Assembly: GCF_009914755.1 (NCBI RefSeq)
Contig: NC_060926.1
DNA length: 64,000 bases
DNA from: the human T2T-CHM13v2.0 reference genome, Homo sapiens
Direction: 5' to 3' (one strand)
This document shows positions 1 to 12,900 of the stretch, piece after piece. A program made the position numbers and the translations under genes. A model generated the notes under the pieces. That model was given only the letters and a program-made list of their open reading frames with translations. It ran no database searches and had not been told where the DNA came from. Numbering within the stretch: position 1 is the first letter of the stretch; each line of letters starts with the position of its first letter.

Positions 1-46
1 CCTCCCAAAGTGCTGGGATTACAGGCGTGAGCCTCCGCACCCAGCC
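1..46 (-). mobile_element. Alu 5' end (rest lies left of the window), inserted in a THE1D LTR
   Basis: cctcccaaagtgctgggattacaggcgtgagc...cccagcc is the reverse complement of the Alu 5' terminus. Confidence 0.95.
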
Positions 47-386
47 CAAATCTCACTTTTAATTGTAATCCCCATAATCCCCTCGTGTCAAGGGTGGGAC
101 CAGGTGGAGGTAATTGGATCATGGGGGCAGTTTCCCCTATGCTGTTCTCATGATAGTGAGTGAGTCTCATGAGATCTGATGGTTTTGTAAGCTTCTGGCA
201 TTTCCCCTGCTGGCACTCATTCTCTCTCCTGCCGCTGTGCGAAGAGGTGCTTTCTGCTATGATTGTAAGTTTCTTGAAGCCGCCCAGCCATGCAGAACTG
301 TGAGTCAATTAAACTTCTTTTTTTATAAATTATCCAGTCTCAGGTATTTCCTTTTCCTTATAGCTATGTGAGAACAGACTAATGCA
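47..386 (+). mobile_element. THE1D-like MaLR LTR
   Basis: caaatctc...ttgtaatccccataatcccc...gagatctgatgg...gtgagtcaattaaac...gactaatgca matches the THE1/MST LTR pattern. Confidence 0.9.
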
Positions 387-492
387 GGGGTTTAAGCAGA
401 AGATTTATAAAGTTACTTCAAGTTTAAATATTAAAGTTTTATTTTTAACTGTTTTCTTTTCCCAATGGACAACTCTCCTCATTGTCTACACA

Positions 493-585
493 GATATATA
501 AAATATATATGGTTATATAATATATATATTTATCTATAATGTATTTATTACATATATTTATATATAATATTATATATATATATTA
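493..585. repeat. AT-rich degenerate (TA)n tract
   Basis: Near-pure A/T alternation. Confidence 0.85.
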
Positions 586-617
586 GCAGGGCATTGTATG
601 GAAGGGGCATAAAATGA

Positions 618-980
<363 letters not shown>

Positions 981-3900
981 CCCTTGTTTTCTTCTTTTAA
1001 TGAAAACAACACAATCTTGTTTTTTGTTTTTTCCACCTCTGTTCAACCAGTGATTTTTGCAAAAAAGTGAGCATCCTTTGACTTTTTGATTCTCTAAGGG
1101 AGCTATTGCCAAAAGGAACTGAGAGAAAGAGAGCTTGAGTCCTTAAGAAAAGAATGTATTGGTAGAGAAAGAAAAGAAATCATTCCACCCATATTCTCCA
1201 ATGAAAGCTTCTTTTCCAGCTTTGACTTGTTTTGCACTCTCTTATCCTTTCTCACCAGCATACAAACACACATATATATTTTTTTACATGAAGTATTTCT
1301 AAAACATTTGGTTCCAGAGATATTCAAACACATTGAGTAAAGTGATTGCCTAATATCTTGATTTTCACTCTCATATTCTATCAGAAGACCTTGTGATCAT
1401 TCTGTGATGATGAAGAGAAACAGAAGAATTTAAGACCAAAAACTCAGCTGTCTCTTAATCCTTGAACCATTTCTTACTCTATTTTTTTGAATACGTTGGT
1501 AAAGAGATGGAAATGGATCCCTTTAGAAAGGGCAAAAATGATTTGTGGAAAATATATAAAGAGGTGGGAATGGACATTCCAAACATCTCTAGTCAGTTTA
1601 TATATTATGTTCTTTTTAAAAGGACAGAAAAATCTTCTTTGGAAGAGAGTGGATCATTCAAATATGGTCAATAGCCCTATGATTTTATTATCAAATTTGA
1701 GTGTCTCAGAAAGTGTGAAAACCCATGGGCTAGAAGAGGGAGAGGTCAGAAGCTTCTTGTTATCTGTACCAATCTTTCGTCCTTGTCTTCACTACATGTC
1801 ACCACTGAAAGCAGCAAGGGACCCTCATTGTCTCAAGGCAAAAATCTATGAAAATCAATTGTTATATTTAATGCTCATTTAAGATGTAAATAATGTCATT
1901 GATTTTTTCTTAATATTCTTTATTTTAAAATTGTGTTTATAAAAGTTCTCTCTCGTATCTATGTGTTTCTCTATTTGTAGGTTTCAAAGTTTTCAGTTTA
2001 ATCAAGTTCTCCCAACCCTGAGTCCATAAAGTCTGACATTACTCAACCTTACATCTTCAATCATAATTGTTATGAGGTGTCTAAACTACCCTATATTGCT
2101 TTGTAAACACTCTCAAGGGTTTAATGGATAGTTCAATTAACCAGATTATACCTTAAGCATGTTTGAACTGAAGGGAGTTATCCAGTCTTCAAGTATACAT
2201 CCCTCCTCTCAAGTCTTTTACCCCCTAGACACAATGTTACATGGAACATCAATGTAACCAATGTATCACCAAGTAAGCATATAATTACTTTTTCTGAAGC
2301 AAGGAGAAAGGACTTGGGACCCTGCCTATTTGGTTTTGACCTTCTCATCCTCTTTTCTCAAGGACTGCCTTGCAGTTTAAGGCTGTTCACGACCCCTTAG
2401 GAAAGCACAAATCTGTTTCAAACCATTCATTTCACTAGTGAGGAATCTATAATCCAAAAGAGTTGATTCTTGTAACATCTCACAGACAGTGTTCACCAAA
2501 ACTAAGACTTTCATTCAGGGGTTCTAAAGTCAAATCTTGGCTTTTTCAACTATAAGATCCTGGATGTAGAAACCATGGTTTTTTGAATTTATTTTTAGTC
2601 TTCTTGCTCATTCAAATCAAATTGTGAGTATGACATAGGCTATTTATTAATTAGATGGGTGTGTTTATCAAATTGGACAGAGCTGAGTGAACCGTTAGTG
2701 TTGGGGATTTAAAGTTTAAGTAAACAACAAAGGTATGAATGGAATTGGGGGATTGACCCTAAAGCAAGGAGAGGGGCTGATTGTAAACGTCTCGTGCCAA
2801 TATTTCTCAGAACGGTACTAGCATTGCCTAGATTCATGACGATGCACTATGTTCCCAATAAAATAGTTTCCAAAATATTATATTGCTCATTCTGAGGTAT
2901 TTCTTTGTAATATAACTTAATTATACTATCTAAAGTAATAAGAATGCCAATAATGTCAGACATACTCATATCCAAAAATAAATACAAAACATTTTAAACT
3001 CAAGTTTACATGCCTTTTGGATTACCTACTATTTTGGGATTATTTTTGGATTGTTTCTCCTCATTAACACTAATGATTAAGGACTAATGATAAAATTAGC
3101 TGATGGGAGAACATCACATGTCATAATAAATTCTTTCTGTCTTTTGTAATAAAGACCACACTCAAATGTTAACTTGTTGAAAAGTAGAAATTATAGAAAA
3201 CCACAATTACATTTCACCAGAAAAGGAATGTAGATGCTCATGTTTTGCACATCTAAATCCAAATGCCTTAAAAAAGCAGTCATACATAAATATACCAAAA
3301 ACATTTTAAACCTAGTAATATAAATATTTATTGGCCCAAACAATTGATTTTATCTAACCTTTTCAGGTGTTAGAATTGTAAATATTTTGCAATTACCATA
3401 GCACCATTTGGAAATCAATTTGGATTATTACTATTGAAGCCACGTGTTTTGGATTTTCAAGAAGAGTTCTGACTTCCAGGGCAGTCCTGATTGCCAATAT
3501 CCTGTCCTGTTATTAGGCCATGTGTTCCACGAATGTTTACTATTTTTTTTAAGGAAAATATTCACTAAGCTCCCAGTTAAGTTGTTTGGATAACAGATCA
3601 TCATTCCCATTCTCCCATCTTGGAAGTTCACTCAAGCCAGAGTTTATCCCAAAGCTCTAATACTCCCCCAAAGAAAGTGAGGAGGACAACCTGAACATTC
3701 TAATCCATTGTGGGAGAAATATGAGACCTCTATTTCAAACTATAACAACCTCAGCGACTCAGGATTCCACAGGGTAAGAGCAGCAGACGCAGACCCATTT
3801 TCAAACCAAAGCTTGCCCTTTTTTGAAGATAAGTTGTCAGGCTGACTTTGGTCTTTCATGGACCCAAATCCCTGGGATGGTGCTAGAAGCCATTTGGGTG

Positions 3901-4387
3901 CTCTAGGAGAGGCTTGTTAGTGCTTCCACGCCCCATCCCCCACTTTTGTAGATAAACTGCACACAAAGACTGCAGATTCCAAACTCTATGGTTTGATGAA
4001 TGTCATGCAGCTGGAAAGCATAAGGGAGGTCAGAGTTGGTTGCCATTGTGCTAAGGTTGTCCTATTTTCATGTAAGCAAAAAAGATGACTAGGAAAATAT
4101 AAAACTATTGTTCACGCAGAACTAATGCTAACTAATGAAACTTCTTTAATAAATAACAGAACTTGTCAGTGGTAAAAGTCTCATCTGGCAGTTCACATGA
4201 CTTTAAATACTGTTTAGCCACCCACATGTCATAAGCAATATCAGTAGATGAGAAAAATGGTGGCATCTGTTTTTCTTAATATATGTGTGCATCTATGTAT
4301 GTGTGTATGTGCATGTCTCTATCTTTAATCCATTTAGAAACTAATGAGTATAAATTTACTGTAAGTAAAGCACTTAAATTATTACTT

Positions 4388-4542
4388 TTAGAAGCAAGGT
4401 CTCATTCTAGGTTGGCCAAGCTGGAGTGTAGTGGCTGTCATCATTATAATTCACTGCAGCCTCAAATTCCTGGCCTCAAATGATTCTCCCACCTCAGCCT
4501 CCCAAGTCATTGGAATTATAGGTATGAATCACCATGCCTGCC
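4388..4542 (-). mobile_element. Alu monomer (FLAM/FAM-like)
   Basis: Single diverged monomer: ctggagtgtagtggc...cactgcagcctcaaattcctggcctcaaatgattctcccacctcagcctccc. Confidence 0.8.
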
Positions 4543-4665
4543 TCCTAAATGAATTTGTTTTTAAACTTCACCAGACAACACAGGGGGAAATAAACAATCC
4601 TAGAGTTCAAATACTTGCTTGATTTGGAGTATTTTCCACATATGTTAAATTTGTCTTCACCTTGA

Positions 4666-5093
4666 TATATTAGTCCATTCTCACATTGCTATAAAGAAAT
4701 ACCTGAGACTGGGTCATTTATAAAGAAAAGAGGTGTAATTTGCTCATGATTCCACAGGCTGTACAGAAAGCATGACGCTGGCATCTGCTCGGCTTCTGCA
4801 AAGGCCTCGTGTCACTTACAATTGTGGCAGGAGGTGAAGGAGAAACACACACATCACATGTTTGGAATAGGAGCAAGAGGGTGGGGGGAAGGTGCTACAC
4901 ACTTTCATACAACAAGATCTCATGATAACTCACTTGTACACCGTCATGAGAACAGCACCAAGGAGATGGTGCTAAACCATTCAGGAAGGACCAACTTCAT
5001 GATCCAATCACCTCCCATCAAGACCCACAACCAACACTGAGGATTACCATTTGACATGAGATTTGGGTGGGGACACAAATCCAAACCCTATCA
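4666..5093 (-). mobile_element. MSTB-like MaLR solo LTR
   Basis: Ends tatattagtccattctc and ccaaaccctatca; 5-bp TSD cttga/cttgg. Confidence 0.9.
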
Positions 5094-7290
5094 CTTGGTG
5101 AGTATCAAGTAGTGGGAATGCCACTGGATGGGATCTTGGTGGATGAACGGTTACTTCCTCCATAAGTTAGCCATTCTCAAAGGTGCTCTAACTGTTACAG
5201 AATCCTCAAGTACCCTTTTAACAAGCTTTCCCAAGTGGTCTCACGATCCTAAAGCTTTAGGACCCAATTAGCAGAATTTATCTTGGGCTGTGACTATGCA
5301 GCTGGTTACACAGCTGGGAAACCAGACAAAAGAACAGTCAATCAATTCATTTTGGCTATTTCCATGATTACCAGTAATTGCTCCAGCTGTACTAATGTAT
5401 AGTGATCAATATTCATTGTAAAGAGGCAAAAATGGACAGCATGGATGCCCCTTTGTCATTTTATTTCACACATGTTGTCCTGGCACATATACATAGAATG
5501 ATTCATTCAACTGGCAGCACCTAGCTTCTAATTCTCCCCTTGCAGAATGCCACTATTGACTATCAATGACTATTAAAAACAAAGCAAAACAAAACACTCT
5601 AACAACTGGGTGCCTTAATTAACTCAAAAAATAGTTTGGAGGATAGATGGATGGATAGAGAGGATGGCAAAATGCCAGTGGTCCAACATCTGCAGCGTTT
5701 AGATACTCAAAGTTGCATCCCAGCAGGTCAGTTGAGTCCTTGAATCTACCCAAAAAGTTGGATGATAAGATAACTAAGAAAGTGAGCTACAGCGAGGACT
5801 CCAAGGAATCCCAAATACCATAGGACAACAAGAGATGCCATCTTACTCTTATCCTTGGGCTTACGTCAACTGTACTCCTGAAGGAGAACTACCCTTTCTG
5901 TGTCTCCTTTGTCCATACTGAACAAGTTTCTTAGAGATGGCTTTCAAAAGTTTGCATGAAGTATCAGCCTCAAAAATGTTGAGGCCAATTGAGACCATTG
6001 CCAGGCCACTCAGAGGTTTCCAATTTTTTTTATTTTTTTGCAGAGGAGGGGACCAAAAAGGGAAGAAGGGCATCTCCTGGGGACCCTGGCAATTGGCCTT
6101 GAAATCTGAGCCCATTTTTATTCTTTCTTTGAGAAAACCAAAGAGTTTTTGCTAGCATGATTCTTTGTCTCTTATCTAAGGGCTTTTGGCTCTATTGAAT
6201 GAAAGATTAAATTTCTATCAGAACATTTTAAAAATTAGGTGATCGAAAGAATGAGTGAATGATATCAGACATATGTATAATCAAAATTCTCTCTATAGGT
6301 AGAAATATGGAAAGTTTTTGGTTTGAATTTCCTTTTTAAAATAAAACATTAATTCAATTAAATGTCATAATTGTATCTAGAGAGCAAAACACAAACGCTT
6401 AGCCATGCCAAATCTCCTTTTTATGAATTGTCTTCACTGTCTAACATTCAGCTGCTAATATATTTTTCTCCCCTAACTGAGCTCCGCTCAACAGCATTAG
6501 GTTTAGGCTTTAACTTTTACCTGGACTCAGTGTATGTTCTAAATCAATCATTTTATCACCTGAGGCTTCAGTTATTTTGTTAATAACAAAGGTTTAACCT
6601 AGCCTTCTCCAGATGCTAGGAGACTTTAGACTAGAAATTACTTATAAGGTGGGGGCATAGTAATTAATTTTGTGTTAAGAGCTCTTGAGACATGGCTCTT
6701 TACTTCACACTCTCACCTCTTCATAATGGAAATTTTCTTCCACTATAGAATGGAGGCCATGTAACACCAGGTATTCTCAGCAAATTACTATCTGATTCAA
6801 TTTAACAAGAATGCAATTGGTTATAAGAGAAATGCATAATATTAATCCTCATTATTACATAAAGCTTTCTTTCTTATGACTTACTTTCACATATGTTATC
6901 TTATCTTTATGCTCACAATACCTTATAAGCTACTAATTAGGTAATGCTCTATGATTTGCACCCTTACGGAGTTTTTAGGCTTTCAATTACAGGACTGGCC
7001 CAGGTTCTACTTGATCAATTTTTCTTAGTATGGTGTTTTCAGAAAAGCTGGTGTTTGGCTCTAGTTGTGAACTCAAAGAGGAGCAGCAGAGCAGGTTTTG
7101 TGAATAAGCCTGGGTGTAGGCCTGGCACAACTTCTTGGGAAATTTAAAGGAGAAAGTAACTTTTTCTCTCCAGATTTTAGCTTCATTAGTTGGAAAATAA
7201 AGGCATTTGTCCTAATGATCCAAAACTCCCTTCTAGCGCTTTGTGATTCTTTGGAACTGATGGCAGAGCATAATTTAAATTATGTGTATT

Positions 7291-7584
7291 GGCCAGGTAC
7301 GGTGGCTCATGCCTGTAATCCCAACACTTTGGGAGGATTAGCAAGAGGATCACTTGGGTCCAGGAGTTTGAGACTGGCCTGGGTGTCATAGTGAGATCCT
7401 GTCTCCATTAAAAAAAAAAAATCAAAAAAATTAACTGGGCATAGTGGTGCATGCCTGTAGTCCCAGCTAGCTGGGAGGCTAAGGTGGGAGGATCACTGAA
7501 GCCTGAGAGGTTAAGGCTTCAGTGAGCAGTGATTTTGCCACTGCACTCCAGCCTGGGAAACAGAGTAGACCTTTTCTCAAAAAA
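7291..7584 (+). mobile_element. AluJ
   Basis: Diverged dimer with J-type gaggatcacttg and ggttaaggcttcagtgagc. Confidence 0.9.
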
Positions 7585-7859
7585 TGAATAAATTAATTTT
7601 AGGTACTGAATTTTCAAATTAATTCAAATACTGATCATATTTCACTTTTAAATTATTAATACTAATGACTTCCATTGCAGCTAAATCCTTGGCATGTTCC
7701 TGGCCCTTGGTTTGATTCATGTCACTCCAGATGGGGTAATAAACAGAAAATCTGGGAGTCTGAGCTGAATGTACCAGGATGCAGAAAGGTCTTTTGGTTG
7801 GAAGACTATTATTAATATTAATTGGGGACAGGGCATTGCCTTTTAACTCTGTGTGAAAC

Positions 7860-8070
7860 ACAATGTTAAGGATTTCATACACTTTATCTCATTTAATTCT
7901 TTAGATAACTCTCCAATGTGCTTGTCAATATTTCCATTGTATGGGGAAACAGAAGCTCAGAAAATTTAGATTACTTGTCAAAAACCACACAGATAATGAG
8001 TGATGGATCTAGGGTTCAAACTTATGTGTGACTGATTCTAAAGTCAATATTCTTTATGATTACCTACCAC
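7860..8070 (-). mobile_element. MIR
   Basis: ctcatttaattc...gaaacagaagctcagaaa...ttacttgtcaaaaaccacacag...ggttcaaac is the reverse of the MIR core. Confidence 0.75.
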
Positions 8071-8309
8071 TGCCTACTTAGAAATTGAAAGGCACACACA
8101 AATGCACATGTATACACACACATATATACACATATATGTACTCCAGAAAATGTGTCTGCATAGAAGTAAATAAATGCTTAATTGAGAAATGGGTTGCATA
8201 TATGAATGCAGGTGACAGTGTTTCTGTGGGTGACCTGGTCTGTACTGGTTTTAAAGGGTCTAAACAAAGTTGTATGAACCTAACCCTCCCGTCCAGGTGC
8301 CAATGAGTC

Positions 8310-11300
8310 TGTATTAGTCTGTTCTCATGCTGGTAATAAAGACATACCAGATACTGGGTAATTTATAAAGAAAAAGCAGTTTAATGGACTCACAGTTCTA
8401 CATGGTTGGGGAGGCCTCACAATCATGGCAGAAGGCAAAGAAAAAGCAAAGGCATGTCTTGCATGGTGGCAGGCAAGAGAGCATGTGCAGAGGAACTGCC
8501 CTTTGTAAAACCATCAGATCTCATGAGACTTATTCACTATCATGAGAACAGCATGGGAAAAACCCATTCCCATGATTTAATTACCTCCTACTGGGTCCCT
8601 CCCATGACACGTGGGGATTATGCAAGTTACAATACAAGATGAGATTTGAGTGGGGATACAGCCAAACCATATTATGCTGCCCCTGGCCCATCCCAAATCT
8701 CATGTCTTCAAATTTCAAAACCAATCATGCCTTCCCAACAGTCCCCCAAAGTCATAACTCATTTCAGCATTAACTTAAAAGTCCACAGTCCAAAGTCTCA
8801 TCTGAGACAGGCTCCCTTCCACCAATAAGCCTGTAATATCAAGAGCAAGTTAGTTACTTCCTGGATACAGTGGGGGAACAGGCATTGGGTAAATACACTC
8901 ATTCCAAATGGGAGAAATTGGTGGAAAAAAAGGGTTTAAAGGCTCCATGCAAGTCCGAAATCGAATACGGCAGTCATTAAACCTTAAAGATCCAAAAAGA
9001 TCTCCATTGACTCCATGTCTCACATCTGGTTCATGCTGATGCAAGAGGTTGGCTCCCACGGCCTTGGGCAGTTCCATCCTTGTGGCTCTCTGGGGTACAG
9101 CCCTTTTCCTTGCTGCTTTCATGGCCTGGCATTGAGTGTCTTCAGCTTTTCCAGGCACACAGCGCAAACTGTCAGTGGATCTACCATTCTGGGGTCTAAA
9201 GGATGATGGGCCTCTTCTCACAGATCGACTAGGCAGTGCCCCAGTGGGGACTCTGTGTGGGGGCTCCAATCCCACATTTCCCTTCTGCACTGCCCTAGCA
9301 GAGGTTCTCCATGAGGGCACCACCCCTGCAGCAAAATTTTACCTAGACACCCAGGCATTTCCATACATCCTCTAAAATCTAGGTGGAGGTTCGTAAACCT
9401 CAATTTTTGGCTTCTGTTTGCAACTGCAGGCTCAACACCACACGGAAACTGCCAAGGCTTGGGGCTTGCACCCTCTGAACCCACTACCTGAGCTGTACTT
9501 TGGCCCCTTTTAGCCACAGCTGGAGTGGCTGGGACACAGCGCATCAGGTACTTAGGCTGCACACAGCAGGAGGGCCCTGGGCCTGGCCCACAAAACCATT
9601 TTGTCCTCCCAGTCCTCTGGGCCTGTTATGAGAGGGGCTGCCATGAAGGTCTCTGACGTCTCCTGGAGACATCATCCCCATTGTGTTGGTGACTAACATT
9701 CAGCTCCTTGTTACTTATGCAGTTTTCTGCAGCAGGCTTGAATTTCTCCCCAGAAAATGGGTTTTTCTACTCTATTGCATCATCAGGCTGCAAGTTTTCC
9801 TTTCTTTTATGTTCTGCTTCCTCTCAAATGCTTTGCCACTTAGAAATTTCTTCTGCCAGATACCCTAAATCATCTTTCTTAAGTTCAAAGTTCCACAGAT
9901 CTCTAGGGTGGGAGCAAAATGCTGCCAGTCTCTTTGCATAACAAGTGTCACCTTTGCGGCAGTTCCCAACCAGTTCCTCATCTCCATCTGAGACCACCTC
10001 AGCCCGGACTTTATTGTCCATATCATTATCAGCATTTTTGTCAAAGCTATTCAAAAAGTCTCCAGGAATTTCCAAACTGTCCCACATCTTCCTGTCTTCT
10101 GAGCTCTTCAAATCTCTAGGAAGTTCCAAACTTTTCCACATTTTCCTGTCTTCTTCTAAGCCCTCCAAACTGTTCTAATCTCTGCCTGTCACCCAGTTCC
10201 AAAGTCGCTTAAACATTTTTGGGTATCTTTACAGCAGTGCCCCACTCTCTGTGGTACCAATTTACTGTATTAGTTCATTCTCACACTTCTAATAAAGACA
10301 TACCTAAGACCGGGTCGTTTATAATGAAAAAGAGGTTTAATGAACTCACAGTTTCATATGGCTGGTGTATTAGTCCATTTTCATGCTGCTTATAAAGACA
10401 TAACTGAGACTGGGCAAGTAACAGAAGAAAGAGGTTTATTGGACTTATGGTTCCACGTGGCTGGGAGGCCTCACAATCATGGCAGAAGGTAAAAGGTGCA
10501 TCTCACATGGCAGCAGACAAGAGAAGAGAGCTTGTGCAGGGAGACTCCCATTTTTAAAACCATCAGATCTTGTGAGACTTCTTCACTATCATGAGGACAG
10601 CATGGGAAAGGCCTGGCCCCATGATTCAATTACCTCCCATCAGGTTCCTCCCACAACACATGGGAATTCAAGATGAGATTTTGGTGGGGACACAGTCAAA
10701 TCATATCATTCCAACCTTGGCCCCTTCCAAATCTCATGTCTTCACATTTCAGAACCAATTATGCTTTCCTGACAGTACCCAAAGTCTTAACTCATTTCAG
10801 CATTAACTCAAAAGTCCACAGTCCAAAGTCTCATCTGAGACAAGGCAAGTCCCTTTCACCTATCAGCCTGTAAGGTCAAAAGCAAGTTAGTTACTTCCTA
10901 GATAAAATGGTGGTACAGGCATTGGGTAAATATAGCCATTTCAAATGGGAGACATTGGTCAAAACAAAGGGGCTACAGGCCCCATGCAAGTCCAAAAATC
11001 CAGCAGTGCAGTCAAATCTTAAAGCTCCAAAATGATGTCCTTTGACGCTGTCTCACATCCAGGTCAAGCTGATGCAAGAAGTGAGCTCCCATGGCCTTAG
11101 GCAGCTCCACCCCTGTGGCTTCACAGGGTATAGTCCCCTTCCTGGCTGCTTTCACAGGCTGGTGTTCAGTGTCTGCAGTTTTTCCAGGTGCACAGTGCAA
11201 ACTGTAGGTGGATCTACTATTCTGGGGTCCAGAGGACGGCGGCCCTCTGCTCACAGCTCCATGAGTCAGTGCCCTAGTAGGGGCTCTGTGTGGGGGCACC

Positions 11301-12900
11301 AATCCCACATTTCCCTTCTGCACTGCCCTAGCAGAGGTTCTTCATGAAGGCCCCACCCCTGCAGCAAACTGCTGCCTAGGCATCCAGGCATTTCCATACA
11401 TCTTCTGAAATCTAGGCAGAGGTTCCCAAATCCCAATTCTTGACTTCTGTGCACTCGCAGGCTCAACACCACATGGAATCTGCCAAGGCTTGGGATTTGC
11501 ACCCTCTGAAGCCATGGCGCAAGCTCTATGTTGGCACCTTTCAGCCACAACCGGAGTAGCTGGGATTCAGGGCACCAAGTACTTAGGCTGCACACAGCAT
11601 CACAGCATGGGGACCCTGCTTGGCCAATGAAACCACTTTTTCCTCCTAAGCCTCTAGGTCTGTGATGGGAGAGGCTTCCATGAATACCTCTGACAAGCCC
11701 TGGAGACATACGCCATTGTCTTAAGGATTAACATTCAGCTCCTCATTACTTATGTAAATTTCTGCAGCCAGCTTGAATTTCTCCTCAGAAAATGAGATTT
11801 TCATTTATAGCGCATTGTCAGGCTGTAAATTTTCCAAACTTTTATGCTCTGCTTTCCTTATAAAACTGAATGCCCTTAACATTACCCAAGTAACCTCTTG
11901 AATGCTTTGCTGCTTAGAAATTTCTTCAGATACCCTAAATCATCTCTCTTAAGTTCAAAGTTCTACAAATCCCTAGGGCAGAGGCGAAATGCTACCAGTC
12001 TCTTTGCTAAACATAACAAGAGTCACCTTTGCTCCAGTTCTCAACAAGTTCCTTATCTCCATCTGAGACCACCTCAGCCTGGATTTAATTGTCCATATCA
12101 TTATCAGCATTTTGGCCAAAGCCATTCAATAAGTCTCTGGGGAGTTCCAAACTTTCCCACATTTTTCTGTCTTTTTCTGAGCCCTCCAAACTGTTCCAAC
12201 CTCTGCCTTTTATCCAGTTCCAAAGTCACTTCTAAATTTTTGGGTATCTTTTCAGCAGCACTGCACTCTACTGGTACCAATTTACTGTATTAGTCCATTT
12301 TCACACTGCTGATAAAGAAATACCAGAGACTGGACAATTTACAAAATAAAGAGGTTTATTGAACTTACAGTTCCATGTGGCTGGCGAGGCCTCAGAATGA
12401 TGGCAGAAGGTGAAAGGCACATCTCACATGGCAGCAGACAAGAGAAGCAAGCTTGTGCAGGGAAACTCCCATTTTTTTAAATCATCAGATCTTGTGAGAC
12501 TTATTCACTATCACAAGAACAGCATGGAAAAGACCTGCCCCCATGATTCAGTTCCCTCCCACCGGGTGCCTCCCACAACAGGTGGGAATTCAAGATGAAA
12601 TTTGCATGGGGATACAGCCAAACCATATCAGCTGGGGAGGCCTCACATCATGGCAGAAGGTGAAGGAGGAGCAAAGGCATGCCTTACATGGTGGCAGGCA
12701 AGAGGGAGTGTGCAGGCAAACTGCCCTTTTTAAAGCCACCAGATCTCATAAGACTTATTCACTATCATGAAAACAGCATGGGAAAAACCTGCCCCTCATG
12801 ATTCAAATACCTCTTACCAGTTCCCTCTCAGGACGCATGGGGATTATGAGAGCTACAATTCAAGATGGGATTTGGGTGGGGACACAGTCAAACCATATCA
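8310..12900 (-). mobile_element. Full-length THE1C/THE1B-type MaLR provirus (outer). 3' LTR 8310-8674, internal 8675-10265, 5' LTR split into 10266-10365 and 12636-12900
   Basis: tgtattagt...ccatatca LTR termini; ~1.6 kb THE1 internal region; TSD GAGTC at 8305-8309 and 12901-12905. Confidence 0.95.
10366..12630 (-). mobile_element. Full-length THE1B-type MaLR provirus (inner). 3' LTR 10366-10708, internal 10709-12285, 5' LTR 12286-12630
   Basis: Two LTRs share a ~15-bp deletion absent from the outer LTRs; TSD GCTGG at 10361-10365 and 12631-12635. Confidence 0.95.

Noticed and set aside
1487-1882. 131-aa ORF in non-repeat sequence
   Set aside because: Non-ATG start, no recognisable domain and no exon structure; length is compatible with chance.
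3367-3773. Plus-strand acceptor (ttttcag) and donor (GG|GTAAGA) pair
   Set aside because: The implied 407-nt exon is long for an internal exon and has no other support.
10060-10175. ~50-bp imperfect repeat in the outer THE1 internal region
   Set aside because: The copies are diverged and, as I recall, the repeat is a subfamily consensus feature rather than a locus-specific event.
8850-12293. Dense cluster of ORFs up to 157 aa
   Set aside because: All lie within THE1 internal or LTR sequence; they are fragmented remnants or alternative frames of the MaLR internal region, not a host gene.
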